Assembly: GCF_009834535.1 (NCBI RefSeq)
Contig: NC_045696.1
Span: 59,274,001 to 59,338,000 of the forward strand
Length of the DNA stretch: 64,000 nt
Reading direction: 5' to 3'
Origin: Camelus ferus
Taxonomy: Eukaryota
This document shows positions 25,701 to 36,900 of the stretch, in pieces; position 1 is the first letter of the stretch; each line of letters opens with the position of its first letter. A program made the translations under genes and the position numbers. A model generated the notes under the pieces. The model worked only from the letters and a program-made list of their open reading frames with translations, did not search any database and was not told the DNA's origin.

Positions 25701-26944
25701 CTTCCTGTTAGTGAAAGCAAATGTTTGCAGCTTCACTTAACAAGTCAATCAATGCCATTGATGCATTGACTACTGCTAATGAATTCCTGTTCTACTCATT
25801 AAAGAACCATGGAATAAAATAGAAGATGAGGACCCTGGCCTGGGGAAGTTCTGCCCATAGAGATTTCATGGAGGTAACAGTGAGGTTTCCCAGGAACCTG
25901 GGAATAATAGAAATGAAGCTGCCTCTGAGGGTTAAATTTAGGTCCATCCATCCATCCTACATGGATGTGATCCATCATCTGCAGCTGTGGACCAGGAGGT
26001 GTTCTGCAAATGTGTGAAGGAAAAGAATCCCTCAGTATGAGCTGGGAATAATCTCAGGGATGCTGGGCTGAAATATGACTGTAATCTAGTAATCTAAAGG
26101 CTAATTAATTGCACCAAAGTGCAGCTTGGGGAAACTGTGTACAGAAGTTGTTGGTCAGCTGAGACACTTCTGAAAGGCAAGTTAAAGTGGCAGAAGTTGA
26201 TAGTGCCCATTTAGGCTCTGGCCACAGACAAGGGAACACTGGTTCTCCAGCAAGTCTAGCTTAATCTTGGGGTATATACACCACCCCATTGTGGTCTGCT
26301 GCCCTTGAGGCATGAATTATTCTGCAGACTCCTCTAGGCTTGCTTTTACATGCTCAGTAAACAAGTTTTGGATGCTGGTTTGGTTTCCCCAGTCCGACAG
26401 CCTACACAGACCATGCTGACCTGAGCACTCCAGGTCCCGTTGACAGTTGCATTTTGTTGTTGTTGGCACCCAATAAATGGAGCTTCTGGCCTATAGCTTT
26501 GGGAACTTGGTTAATGGGTCTTCATCAACAATGGATCTGCTCTCAAAGTGCTGACAAAGTCTAGTTTCAGAGTGTATCCCCTTTACCTTGACAGATTCAT
26601 CAAAAACAGTATCATATATGGACTCTCTTAGAAGCAGTTAGTGACCCGTTACTGATAAAGCTAGGCTTGCTGCCTATTTCCATGCAAACTTTACCCAAGA
26701 ACAGGCAACAATGACATTGGCACATGGAAGGGACTTCACAGTGTATTAAGTGACAGACAGGTCTAAGCAAACACTGCACAAGAAGATAGTAGAGTGACAG
26801 CTGAGCCCTGGGGGGTTGTAGAATAGAGGCAGCTAGAATCAGCCAACTTTTGAAAACGCGGTCTTTTAAAAGCTACATGTAGGTTGGGAGAAAGTCAAGA
26901 AAGGAACTGATCTCTTAGAGCTAGAGGGAAGGAAGCCATTGTTA

Positions 26945-27150
26945 GTGCTAGGTAAATTTTTTTGAGTGCTTAATATGCACAAACTACTGTACCAAGCTTT
27001 TTATAAGCATAATCTAAGTTGATCCCTAGAACTTCCCTTTGAAGTAGGTAAACGTTATTGCATCCATTTGACAAATGAGGATGTTGAGCTCTGAATTTAC
27101 TCAGCTAGTGATTAGTAGAGCCAGGATTTGAACCTATGTGTATAGCCACT
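26945..27150 (-). mobile_element. MIR SINE
   Basis: ccatttgacaaatgagga...tagagccaggatttgaacc. Confidence 0.7.
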
Positions 27151-27793
27151 ATATGACATTATAACAAGTTTTAGCAAGTGACATAACATAGAACTCTTTT
27201 GTTTCTGCCATCTGCAACAAAGCACTGACCTCAAGCCCAAAATGATAGTCAGTTTTAAGCTCCCATGATGCTGGAGATGTCTGTGGGGAGAAGTTGTTTT
27301 GCCTGTAGTTTTGAAGGAATGAATAGACTTGGATAAGCAGAAATGGGTGCTGAGAAAGTGTTGCACAGTCTCTTACCATGTGGCAGTCACGTTAGAAGCA
27401 CTAGGACAGGCAGATGACATGGGTCACAGGGAACAGTAGGGCCAGTAGGAGATGCTGAATTCACTCAGGTTTGCATTTCTATGATCAGCTCCCTACTATA
27501 TGCCCAACGTAGAGATGCAATAACAAAAATTAATTCAAAGGAATAGGTGAATCCAATCATATTCTCTTCTTTGTTTTAGAATTTTTGGTTCATAGCATCC
27601 AAATGGCTTTTCTATGGATATGTGCCTTGGGTTTATAAACGTGAAGTTCTGTGTATGGAATGGGCACTGCAGGTAAGTGAAGAAGGACCGGCCCATGGTG
27701 AACCTGACTGGTCAGGGTTTAACCAAATGCAGTGGACAATCTCCATGTTAGTCTAGCCATAAGCATTTTCTGTGAGTTGAATCTGAATTTTTC

Positions 27794-27803
27794 CTATTTT
27801 TAG
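27794..27803. promoter_or_regulatory. Perfect MEF2 consensus site
   Basis: CTATTTTTAG matches CTA(A/T)4TAG. Function untested. Confidence 0.3.
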
Positions 27804-29439
27804 GGATATGTAGGTTCTGGAGCCCACAATCGTAAGGTCCAGAGAATGGGGCTTAGGATTCATCTTATCAGGAGAGAGGAGGCTGAGAGACTGTCAAGAG
27901 GCAGATAGATCCCATCACACTGAAACTCAGTCGCCTCTCTTACATCAGCTCTTAGAACCTGAAAAGACCTTCCTATCGTTTCTCTGGATCAGCGGTTCTT
28001 TTTCTTGCTGGAAGAGTGTAGACCTGTAGAGTAGCTCGCCACTACTCCCTCCAACAGATCGTGTATAAGAATGTTAGATAAGGCCAGTTCTACTCTTCGT
28101 GCCTAGAGAGCTCCACTTTTACTTCTTAATTTGAAGGTGTGTCAGTTTATTTTTTCTCTTTGTTACTGGTCTGTAAGTCAACTCTCTGAAAAAGTGTTTC
28201 CCGTGTTGCATTATTCAATTAAAACATTTTTGCTATAATCCCTTGCTAATAATTTCTTGGAAATTTACATAAGTTACAGCCACAGAGTCTCTTTAATTCA
28301 CATTCATATTTACTCTTTCAAACATTCTTATATGCATGCTTTGCTATTATAAGAAATGTCCTGTCTTTTTCTCTGAAAGGTCATGCTTGCTTATACGCTT
28401 AGTAGGCCTGTTCTTCATACGTATTTTGTTGACTTTCCTGGTTTGAAAGCGAGAATTCTCCCTGGATCCTTTCTTATGAATGGAGGCTACATGAGTACTC
28501 TGGCAGTTCTAGGACACAAGTGACTTGGTAATAAGAGGTTACACATTTTGGCTAGCAGCTCTACAATTTCACCCTTGAATTCCTTTAGGACTCCAGGTGG
28601 ATGCCATATGGTCCTCGTGATTTATTTACACCTTATTTGTCAGTCAGGTTCCTGAGCAGTTAACTGCAGTTTCAATCCTAACCACTCTTGTCAATGGAGG
28701 AGGGCAAGTTGGGAAGGACTTTCTTTCTCAAGGATGCTTCTTGTACCAGGAGCATCACTGACTGGCCCCCCCTGACTCTCCATCTCATTGTCTCCCTTTG
28801 GTGGAACAAAATAACCTCTGATTGACCTTAACATTGATATTCCTGTTTTATCTTGGCTTGATTAAGTTCCTGGGTTGTTTTGTGTTTATATGCCAATTCT
28901 TCCTCCATGGCCTCTTTGAAATTTCTCCCTAGTCATGCAGGGATGCTTTCCTCTTCGAGGGTCTACTGTTGTGTTCCCTGTCCTTGCCCTGTCTATCCTG
29001 GAAATTCTAACACTGTATTTTAAAATAGCCTCCAGGTTTCTGTAGACTTGTGACTTAATAAACTCTTAAATCTCCCCTTTCCGATGTGTGTGCATCTCTC
29101 TGAAATTTGGCATTCGGGGCTTGGGGTACTGCTTGAGAAAGGCCCTGGAGGCAGGAGCAGGACGAGCTGGGCAAGGGAGGTACTGTGCATTCTACCAAGA
29201 GGCCCTTTGGCAATGCAGATGGGGAGCTGAGCGTGCCATCCAGGTCAGGGCAAGCCCAGTTCCTGAGACTTGTTCTGTGAGTCAGGATCTGTGCCCAGGA
29301 TGTGCCAAGGCTGCCAGACTTGTGAATATACCCTCCTCTCTGCAGTGTGTCCTATGTGCAGGCTTCCCTTCCACACCCCAACTCCCAAAGGGCCAGAGGA
29401 GTGATTGACTGGAGCATCCCGGCCCAGCATGCTTCCTAT

Positions 29440-29670
29440 TATGAGGGAGCATCTTTCCAGGACAGACAGACAGAATGGGCTAAAGTTGCAGTGGGAGAAA
29501 CTGATTTTGGACACAGGGGAGAACTTCCAATGAGCTCGAGTGGGAGGCTCAAGGGGCAGGTGGAAGCACTCTGGAGATGTTGAGAATATCTGTGTGAGTG
29601 GAGAGGCAGAGACCCAGCTGAGGTGAGGGCAGTGTGGGAAAGGACCTCCTGAAGCTTCTGGGCTGAGGCT
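29440..29670 (+). mobile_element. CR1/L3 LINE 3' fragment
   Basis: gaatgggctaaagttgcagtgggagaaactgattttggacacaggggagaacttcc resembles the L3 3' region. Confidence 0.55.
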
Positions 29671-30139
29671 GCTGCTGGTCAGGATCACTTCTCTGCTCCA
29701 GCAGTAAGTGCCTGACTGGGGTTGTTAAGCTAATTGTTAAATTAGAGAGGCTGGAGAAGCAAATTGCTTCATGATGGGATTTCTCCATCGGTGTCCAAGG
29801 CTGATGTCATCCGTGTGTTCCTCCTCGATGGGGTGGGGCTAGGGGGAATGGTGGGCAGTCCCGACACACGTTTTAATAAACCTCCATCAGTGGCAACAAG
29901 CCCCTGCTTCTCTGGGAGGCCAGCATCTGCCATTGTGAGGAGTTCCCTGCCAGTTTTCTGTGCTTCTGTTTATTGTCTCCAATTCCTGAGCCTCCCTATG
30001 ATGATATTTTAGATCTTCTTCTTAGGGATTGTAAGCTCAGGTGCCTAGAAGAGAGAGACTGTTATCCTGGAAGACAGAAATGAGCCAAGTGTAGATGGTG
30101 AGTGGAGACTCTCACTCAGGGAGCAGTAAGGAGTGTTGG

Positions 30140-30417
30140 GGACTGTGGCAAACTGGAGAGTGGTGCCTCCTCTACGGGGCAGCAGCTACTCAGCTCCAGC
30201 TGATTGATGCCATGTGGAAATGTGAGCTCCTTGTTGCCACATCTTGTTTCAAAGAGGGTTCAAATATGGTTTTTTTTTTTAATTTGTTTTGTTTTTTTAT
30301 TAAACAGCCTGATTTTTAAATGTTGAAACTAATTCAATTAAAAGACCTTGCATTGGTAAAACAAAGTTCATTTCCAGGGTAAGTTTGGCTTGTGGCCCTC
30401 CAGTGTGCCACTTCTGG
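30140..30417. mobile_element. MER102-like hAT DNA transposon
   Basis: gcagcagctactcagctccagctgattgatgccatgtggaaatgtg...ccagtgtgccacttctg. Confidence 0.65.
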
Positions 30418-31699
30418 TCCAAACTGCTTGTCTTACAGATGAAGAAACTGAGATCCAGAAATGTTAAGCCTTTGGCCCAAGGTTACAGGGATGTCAAGTT
30501 TACTGCCTGGGGCTTGTAACTCCCATCTGACACTCTTCTGCTTCTTCGTTCTGTTTTGGGACCAAGCAGTCTCTATGCTGTGGCAGGCTGGCCAGAGGAG
30601 AGTAGAGCCGGATGGACATGATTGTGTGGTGCTTCATGCCACATTGTTGTTCTTGTGCTTTTGTGCGTCACTGGGGCTCAGATGCTCCAAGTGGGTTAGG
30701 GGAATTCAGGGTGCTTTTGCAGATGTGGGGGGGTGGGGAGGACTTAAGTTGCCCCCTGTTTTGCAGCCCTCACCCATGCCTGCTATCATTCCTACTCTTT
30801 CCCACAGGCACTGGCTTCCTTTCCCACAGATGCTGCACACACATGCACACACGGAGGCACTAGGGAAGCATCTGTATGCCACTTCCTGCCCACTGTCACT
30901 CAGGTGTACACCTTGGGATCATTTTAGACTGTCCCCGCTCTTCCTCTGGATTCCTCAGCTTGGAACCAGCTTTCCAGTGTTACTGCTTCTCTCCCAGTTC
31001 AGGAGTTGCACAACATTGGGACTGACTTTAGATCTGACTGCTCCCAACCCCTTCTCCCCATTACTGTCTGATAAATCTTCCCAAGCACAAACTTTGATTC
31101 CTATTCAGAGTGGCTCTACATTGCCCGTTGATAAAGTAACAACTCCTTAACTTGGCATCTCAGGCTTCAAAGCCCTATGATATTGCTGCCATAGTCATCA
31201 GTGTGGCCTAGTTGTGGATCCCAGCCACTTACCAGCTGTGCCAACTTGGGCAATTTTCTTGACTTCTCTGAGCATGTTTCCTTCTCTATAACAAGAGGGT
31301 TTCACACAGAATTGTTTGAAGAAATAAATGAACTCATGAATGTAAAACACTTAGCCTGACACCTACTGATTATTTAACTAAAGGTATTTATTCATGGACC
31401 TCTAGGCTCTGATCGCAGTATGACCTGTCCCATAGCCTTAGCTCCAGCTACTTTGAACTACTTGGTAATCCCAGTGCCTTGGCCCATTTTCTCATTCTCT
31501 AATATCCATCCTTTTTTGGTTTTGCTGTGTCTACTCTGTGGCATAGGTATTGTGTACGTGTCTCAGCTTCCTTCCTCCACTGCATGTTCTTTGAGGGCAG
31601 GGCCTGAGTATGACGCATCCTGTACCACAACAGCGCAAGAGATGCTCAGGAAATGTTTGTGGAATGGATAAACATTATCCTGGAACAGCTGTCTGGACT

Positions 31700-32050
31700 T
31701 GGGCTCCACATTAATTCATTAATTGATAATGTGTGTATTTATAATAGTTACATGAATATTTATTGAGTCCTACTGTGTTCAGGGATTCTGTTGTAAAAGA
31801 AACAGATACAGACTAGGCCTTCATGAATCCTGCAGTGTAACCAGGCAGTGGGCCAGTACAGAGGCCACTGAAGTCAGGGTGGAAGGCTGGGGGAAGGGCC
31901 AGTGCAGGGCTGTGTGGCAAGGCAGGTGCTGGATGCTATTGGTGCACACAGTGAGGGCATCCAGCACAGCCCTAGCCCTCCTGAGAGCTTCCTGGAAGAA
32001 GAGGTGTTTCACCTGAGACCAGAAGGATGAGTAGGACCTTGAGCCAGGTA
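31700..32050 (-). mobile_element. L2 LINE 3' fragment
   Basis: atatttattgagtcctactgtgttcagg...gcttcctggaagaagaggtgtttcacctgagaccagaaggatgagtagga. Confidence 0.7.
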
Positions 32051-32907
32051 TATCATTTATTGTGATGAAACTGTCTTAAATCTCAGTTTTAAGAAAATCT
32101 TGCTTTGTTTTCATTCACTCACCAGCTCCTACATAAATACTTTTTGAGATCCAGGTTTTCTGAAGTGATCTGTAACCAAGGTGATGTAACAGGTTTAGGT
32201 TGCTGGGGACTGGGACAAGAGTTGTTGATTGTATTCAGATTTTAAGCAACACCCAAGCTGACAGCTGTGGCTGGAGAAGGAAAGTTTCTCCTTTCTTTAA
32301 GAGCTGGGTGGGAGATTATTCTCTTCTAATTGGGAAAAGATAATCATATACTTTCATGCTGTCAGGATGTGGAGATTCAGCAGCTCGGCCTATTCTGTTT
32401 TTGTTTGTTGCTTGCTTGTTTTGTGGCTTCAGCTGTGTGGATCCAGGGACAGGAAAGCTAGAAGCAGGAAATGGCTGAGGTGTTTGTCTGACCCTCCTGT
32501 TGGGTCCTCTGCTTGGGTTGGGGAGAAAGGCTATAGTAGCAGACATGGTCTGCAGCTGCGGAGGAAGCAGAGGAGATTTTTGCATGAAGAGGAGACGCAG
32601 GGATCTGGAACTGTGTGTAGGTCAGGAAACTTGACACCAGAGAGAGGAGGCCACAGAAGAAGATAAGGTTGTCTTTGTAGACCCAGTACAAAGGAAATGC
32701 ACAAGAGGAAAGCAAGTGATTAAGAATCATTGTGATGGAATAATCAGAAAAATTATGAATTATACTTACATGTTCCTCTGAAATGGGCTACTTTTGGGCT
32801 TAATGCTTGCATCTGTTCTTTTTTAAATTTTATTTTAAAAAGCGTTATAAAACTGTGCTAATTTCTTTTCCACCACAGCTAACATTTAGGACTCAGAGTC
32901 CAAAGCA

Positions 32908-32930
32908 TCTACTGCCACCTGGTGGCAGAG
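32908..32930 (-). promoter_or_regulatory. Strong CTCF consensus site
   Basis: The minus strand reads CTGCCACCAGGTGGCAGTAG, matching CCAC(C/T)AG(G/A)(G/T)GGCAG. Confidence 0.65.
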
Positions 32931-33002
32931 TACACCACCTGTGGGATTTGAAGTTGTTGGGGTTACACAGTGATTGAAAATAGATTCTGCTGCCAAAATA
33001 TG

Positions 33003-34700
33003 GAATCATAAAATATTAGAGTTGTTGGAAATCTTAAAGATCACATAGTTTTGATTCTAATGAAATCCAATATCTTTTTAAAATAGAGTATTTTACTTGA
33101 ATGCCTCCAATAACAGGGAGCTCATGATCTTGCCTGATAGACTGTTCTGTTGTCATTCATTCTATCAGAATGTTTCTTCTTTTTAAAAAAAATTTTAATA
33201 GGAAGAATTCCTTGAATTTACTTGCCCTACTTTTACCTCTCAAAAAACCCAAAATAAGTTTACTGTGTCATCTTCATTATAAGCCTTCAAATATTTGAAG
33301 GATTTTCTCTTGTTTTGAGGTTAAACAGTTGTGGTTCCTTCAATCTGTATTCTGAAGTCACGCTCTTCAGACTCCCCATAGACATTTCTTTTCTCTAGCT
33401 GCATTCTACTTTGCCGTTGTCCCTGCCTAATTGTGCTGTCAGGCTTCGATCCAACACAGTGCTGCAGACACGGTCAGCTGAGTGATCCCCGGTACTTGCA
33501 GGCTACCTGGACACTAGAATTTGCTTTTGCAGTCTTTCCACAATGCTGACACCTCTTAGGTTTGTGGTAACAGAAAGCTCAAGAATTTGTGTCCGTTCCC
33601 ATATTTTTGAACTTTTTCTTTTAAAGCTAAAAGCAAGACTTTAAAACCAAAGCTGAATCACATAGCTTAACACAATACGTTCTGAATTTCAGATGTTACA
33701 GATAAAGCCAAAACCCTTTTTAACTTCATAGCTTAGTTTCTCCCTGGAGGTAGATCCTGCTAGCAGATGTTAGGGACCCTCCAGACCTTTTCCTCCATTT
33801 ACATATATGTATGTCTGTATATACATCTCTAGAAATGTGTAAATTTCTCTTTGTGTGTGTGTATATGGCTCAGGTTATCAGGCTTTTCATATCATTTTGC
33901 ACCTTTTTTTTTTCATGCAGTGACATGTCTTGAAAATCTTCTGTATAGTATTCCTCATTGTAGATATTTCATAACTGTCTTAGCAATTCTTCTGTTATTT
34001 CTGTTCTTTTACTTTTTTTTTTTTTTACCATTATAAACAATGCTGTAATGGACATTCATAAACAAGCATGCACATATATAAGTGTTTCTCTCGGGTAGAT
34101 ACAAAGGACTGGAATTGCTAAGTAAGTGATAGGTACATTTTTTATTTTAAAATGTAGATCTCAGGCATAAAGTTTGCCTCTGTTAATTTTGACCGAGTGT
34201 TCAAATCTGCTGAGATTAAATTTACATACTGATTTTGGTCATCTCTTATAATATTAAGCCCGCTATACCAGTTTTGTATTATCTATCCACACTATAAGCA
34301 TATCTTTCATCTTGTCATCTTAGCAACTAGTTTTTTAAAAAAGTCAAACACAACAGACAAGGGAAGAGCTTTGTGGCTACCACCATTGGCCAGTATTCCA
34401 CCTATAGCTCACTGTATTGTCCTAATAAACACTCTTTGGGTTCTGCAGTTTATCTACCATAATTCCACCCAACTCTACTCTCATCCTGTGCATTTTTAAC
34501 TATCTTATCTACAAGGATATTTTGGAGGACATTTGCCAAAGGTATAGCAGAAATCCAGACACACTGTGTGGTGTTCTCCTGCTCACCCACCCTTGTGGGC
34601 CTGTCACGGAGGGAAATGAAGATGACATACATTGCCCAGGATGAGTGTCGTTTGAAGTAGATCTGGTAACACTTTAATGAGCAATGTTTTTATGTATCCC
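33003..34700 (-). mobile_element. CR1/L3 LINE remnant, interrupted by an old L1 fragment at about 33700-34150
   Basis: gaatcataaaatattagagttg...cttgaatgcctccaataacagggagctca...agccttcaaatatttgaag. The L1ME-like insert contains ttataaacaatgctgtaatggacatt. Confidence 0.55.
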
Positions 34701-36699
34701 CATGGAAGAATGCATTCCATCTCCAAGACATTAGGAAAAAATAAACTGTTCTCACATTACTCTTCTTACCTACATGTTCCCAAACCAGTTGGTCTCCCAG
34801 CAAGACTCTGTCTGGTGGCGGAGACACAGCAGCCTTAATGATAAGCTCAGTGCCTAGGGTTATAGTTCCACTGTTACTCAAGCTACTTTAGCATATACAG
34901 AGATATATTCACATGAACATGCGCATTGACCCACAGCCATGGACATATGTTTTGTCCCTCTAGTTCTCGTGATGAGAGGACATTTTCCAAGTCACAGCTT
35001 TTATTAGTTTACTTTGCCTTATCTGGAAGAAGGGTAGAGATGATAGGGCAGATAATTTCCAACTCACTTTTATCTGGCTTTGAAATTCATAATACGATTT
35101 GCCACAGATGACCCTCAAAATGAAAGCGATGGTGGGACCAGAGTCCTGGAGTGGATGGGACTCTGAAAATCCTCCTCCTCTAGGATAGATGTGCAGTCAC
35201 ATCACTGCAAATGCATATGGTGGTGGTCCTCCAGAGTCCCCCTGCTCCCCAGGCTGGGATTTGGGAGCTCTGTTGCCTTTCTGGAGGTGGCCAGGCTTGG
35301 ACTTTTCATTGAGGAAAAGACCTCCGTTGCCTCATTTTTAGGGCATCCAGGATGGAAAACATAATCTCAAGTATCTGTGATGTAATCTCCAAGGGAAAAG
35401 TTGCGTTGGCTTTTTCTTACTATAAGTAGAAATTCTGTTTCCTTTTTTTCCTTCAGTGAGCCTGAGCTATCAAAGGCTCCTGGCAAAGTTACAGCTAAGT
35501 AGATCTCCAAAATCCCACAGCCAGCTTTATTTGCAGATTGGGATGGTGCTGGTGTCATTTCTGCTTCAGAAGAGAAAAATAGAAGGAACAACAAATACGC
35601 CTTTAACTCCTGATGTTTCTTTTTTCTTTTCCCTTAAGCAAATAAACAAAACAAACATAAAAAACATAGCGAGAAATGCGGAAGGGAAGAAATGATACAA
35701 GATGAGCTAACTGTTCCCAGTTTGCATCCTGCAATGTGTCTTTACCCTGGGATGAAGCACTATGCTAGGCACTCGGTGCCAATGGTAGGCAGATGTGGGG
35801 TGGGATAAAAAAATGCACCAACTATGGTCTTTGTCCGTAGAAGTTTACAGTGTGATGAAGATTGTGTGCAGACGGCATGGATACAGTGAACTGACCAGTG
35901 TTTTTCTGGCAGGAGTTAGATTGATAGTACTTGGGTAAATAAACTACCCTTATAAAGAAGAATCCACCTTTTGTTTTTCGTAGGTCATGCAAAGCCACAT
36001 TTATACTTTGAATACAGAGATAATGAACAGAATCTGAGAATCTGAGGTTCAAGTCTTCTGTTGCTAGTTCAAGTTAAATAGACCCCTACTTGAGGCAAAT
36101 CTGTATTTCCCTCTAAGAACCACTCCTTTCCTCTGGGACCTGGTGATCTCTTGCCTTGGGCAAGGCTACACCCATCCCCTCTTTTTTTCTTGAGTTACTG
36201 CTAGAAGGCAGAAATTACACTCTTCAGACTGTGCGTTCTTGGGGGAGACTCCTGGGTGTTCTGGTCCTTCATGTATTTCCAGGCTTAGTCCAGGATATGA
36301 CACAGAGTCAGCACCTAATAAGTGCTTGTTGAATAAATGAAAGCTGCCTTCACCTATTCCTCATTCATTCATTCATCATTCACTGAATACATGTTTATCG
36401 AGTGCCTTCTCTGCCAGGCACTAGGGATATAGCAATGAATGGGATCCTGTTGAGGAGACAGCCATATAGACGACTGGAGTATAATTTGATATATAATGGA
36501 TATCATGTGATACTGAGGAAGAACAGGATATGATGGGTACATATGCAGGGATGCCCAGCCCAGCTGGGTGGGGCGGGGAACTCCTTCTAGAGACTGACAG
36601 ACTCAGCACAGATAGCTTAATGACAATGTTCCAAAGCATGGGAAGAGCATATGTGATGGACCAAAAAGGAAGAGCTAGAGAGCATGGAGAGTGAGGGCC

Positions 36700-36900
36700 A
36701 GACAGTTAATGATGATCATAAACACATATATAGTACTCACTGTGTGCCAGGTACTATTTTAAGCCCTTTTTGTTTGCTAACTTATTTAAATACTATTATT
36801 ATCATCCTGATTCTGCAGGTAAGGAAACAAAGGCACAGGAGGTTAAGTAGCTTGAGCGAGCTCACACAGCCAGTCAGTGGTAGGAGGGGCATAGGAAGTC
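36700..36900 (-). mobile_element. MIR SINE
   Basis: tactcactgtgtgccaggtact...gcaggtaaggaaacaaaggcacaggaggttaagtagcttg. Confidence 0.8.

Noticed and set aside
30461..31150. Longest computed ORFs (229 aa here; also 45922-46605, 47938-48555, 21515-22024)
   Set aside because: No recognisable domain, Leu/Ser/Pro/Cys-rich composition typical of non-coding DNA, several overlap repeat remnants, and no coherent splice structure.
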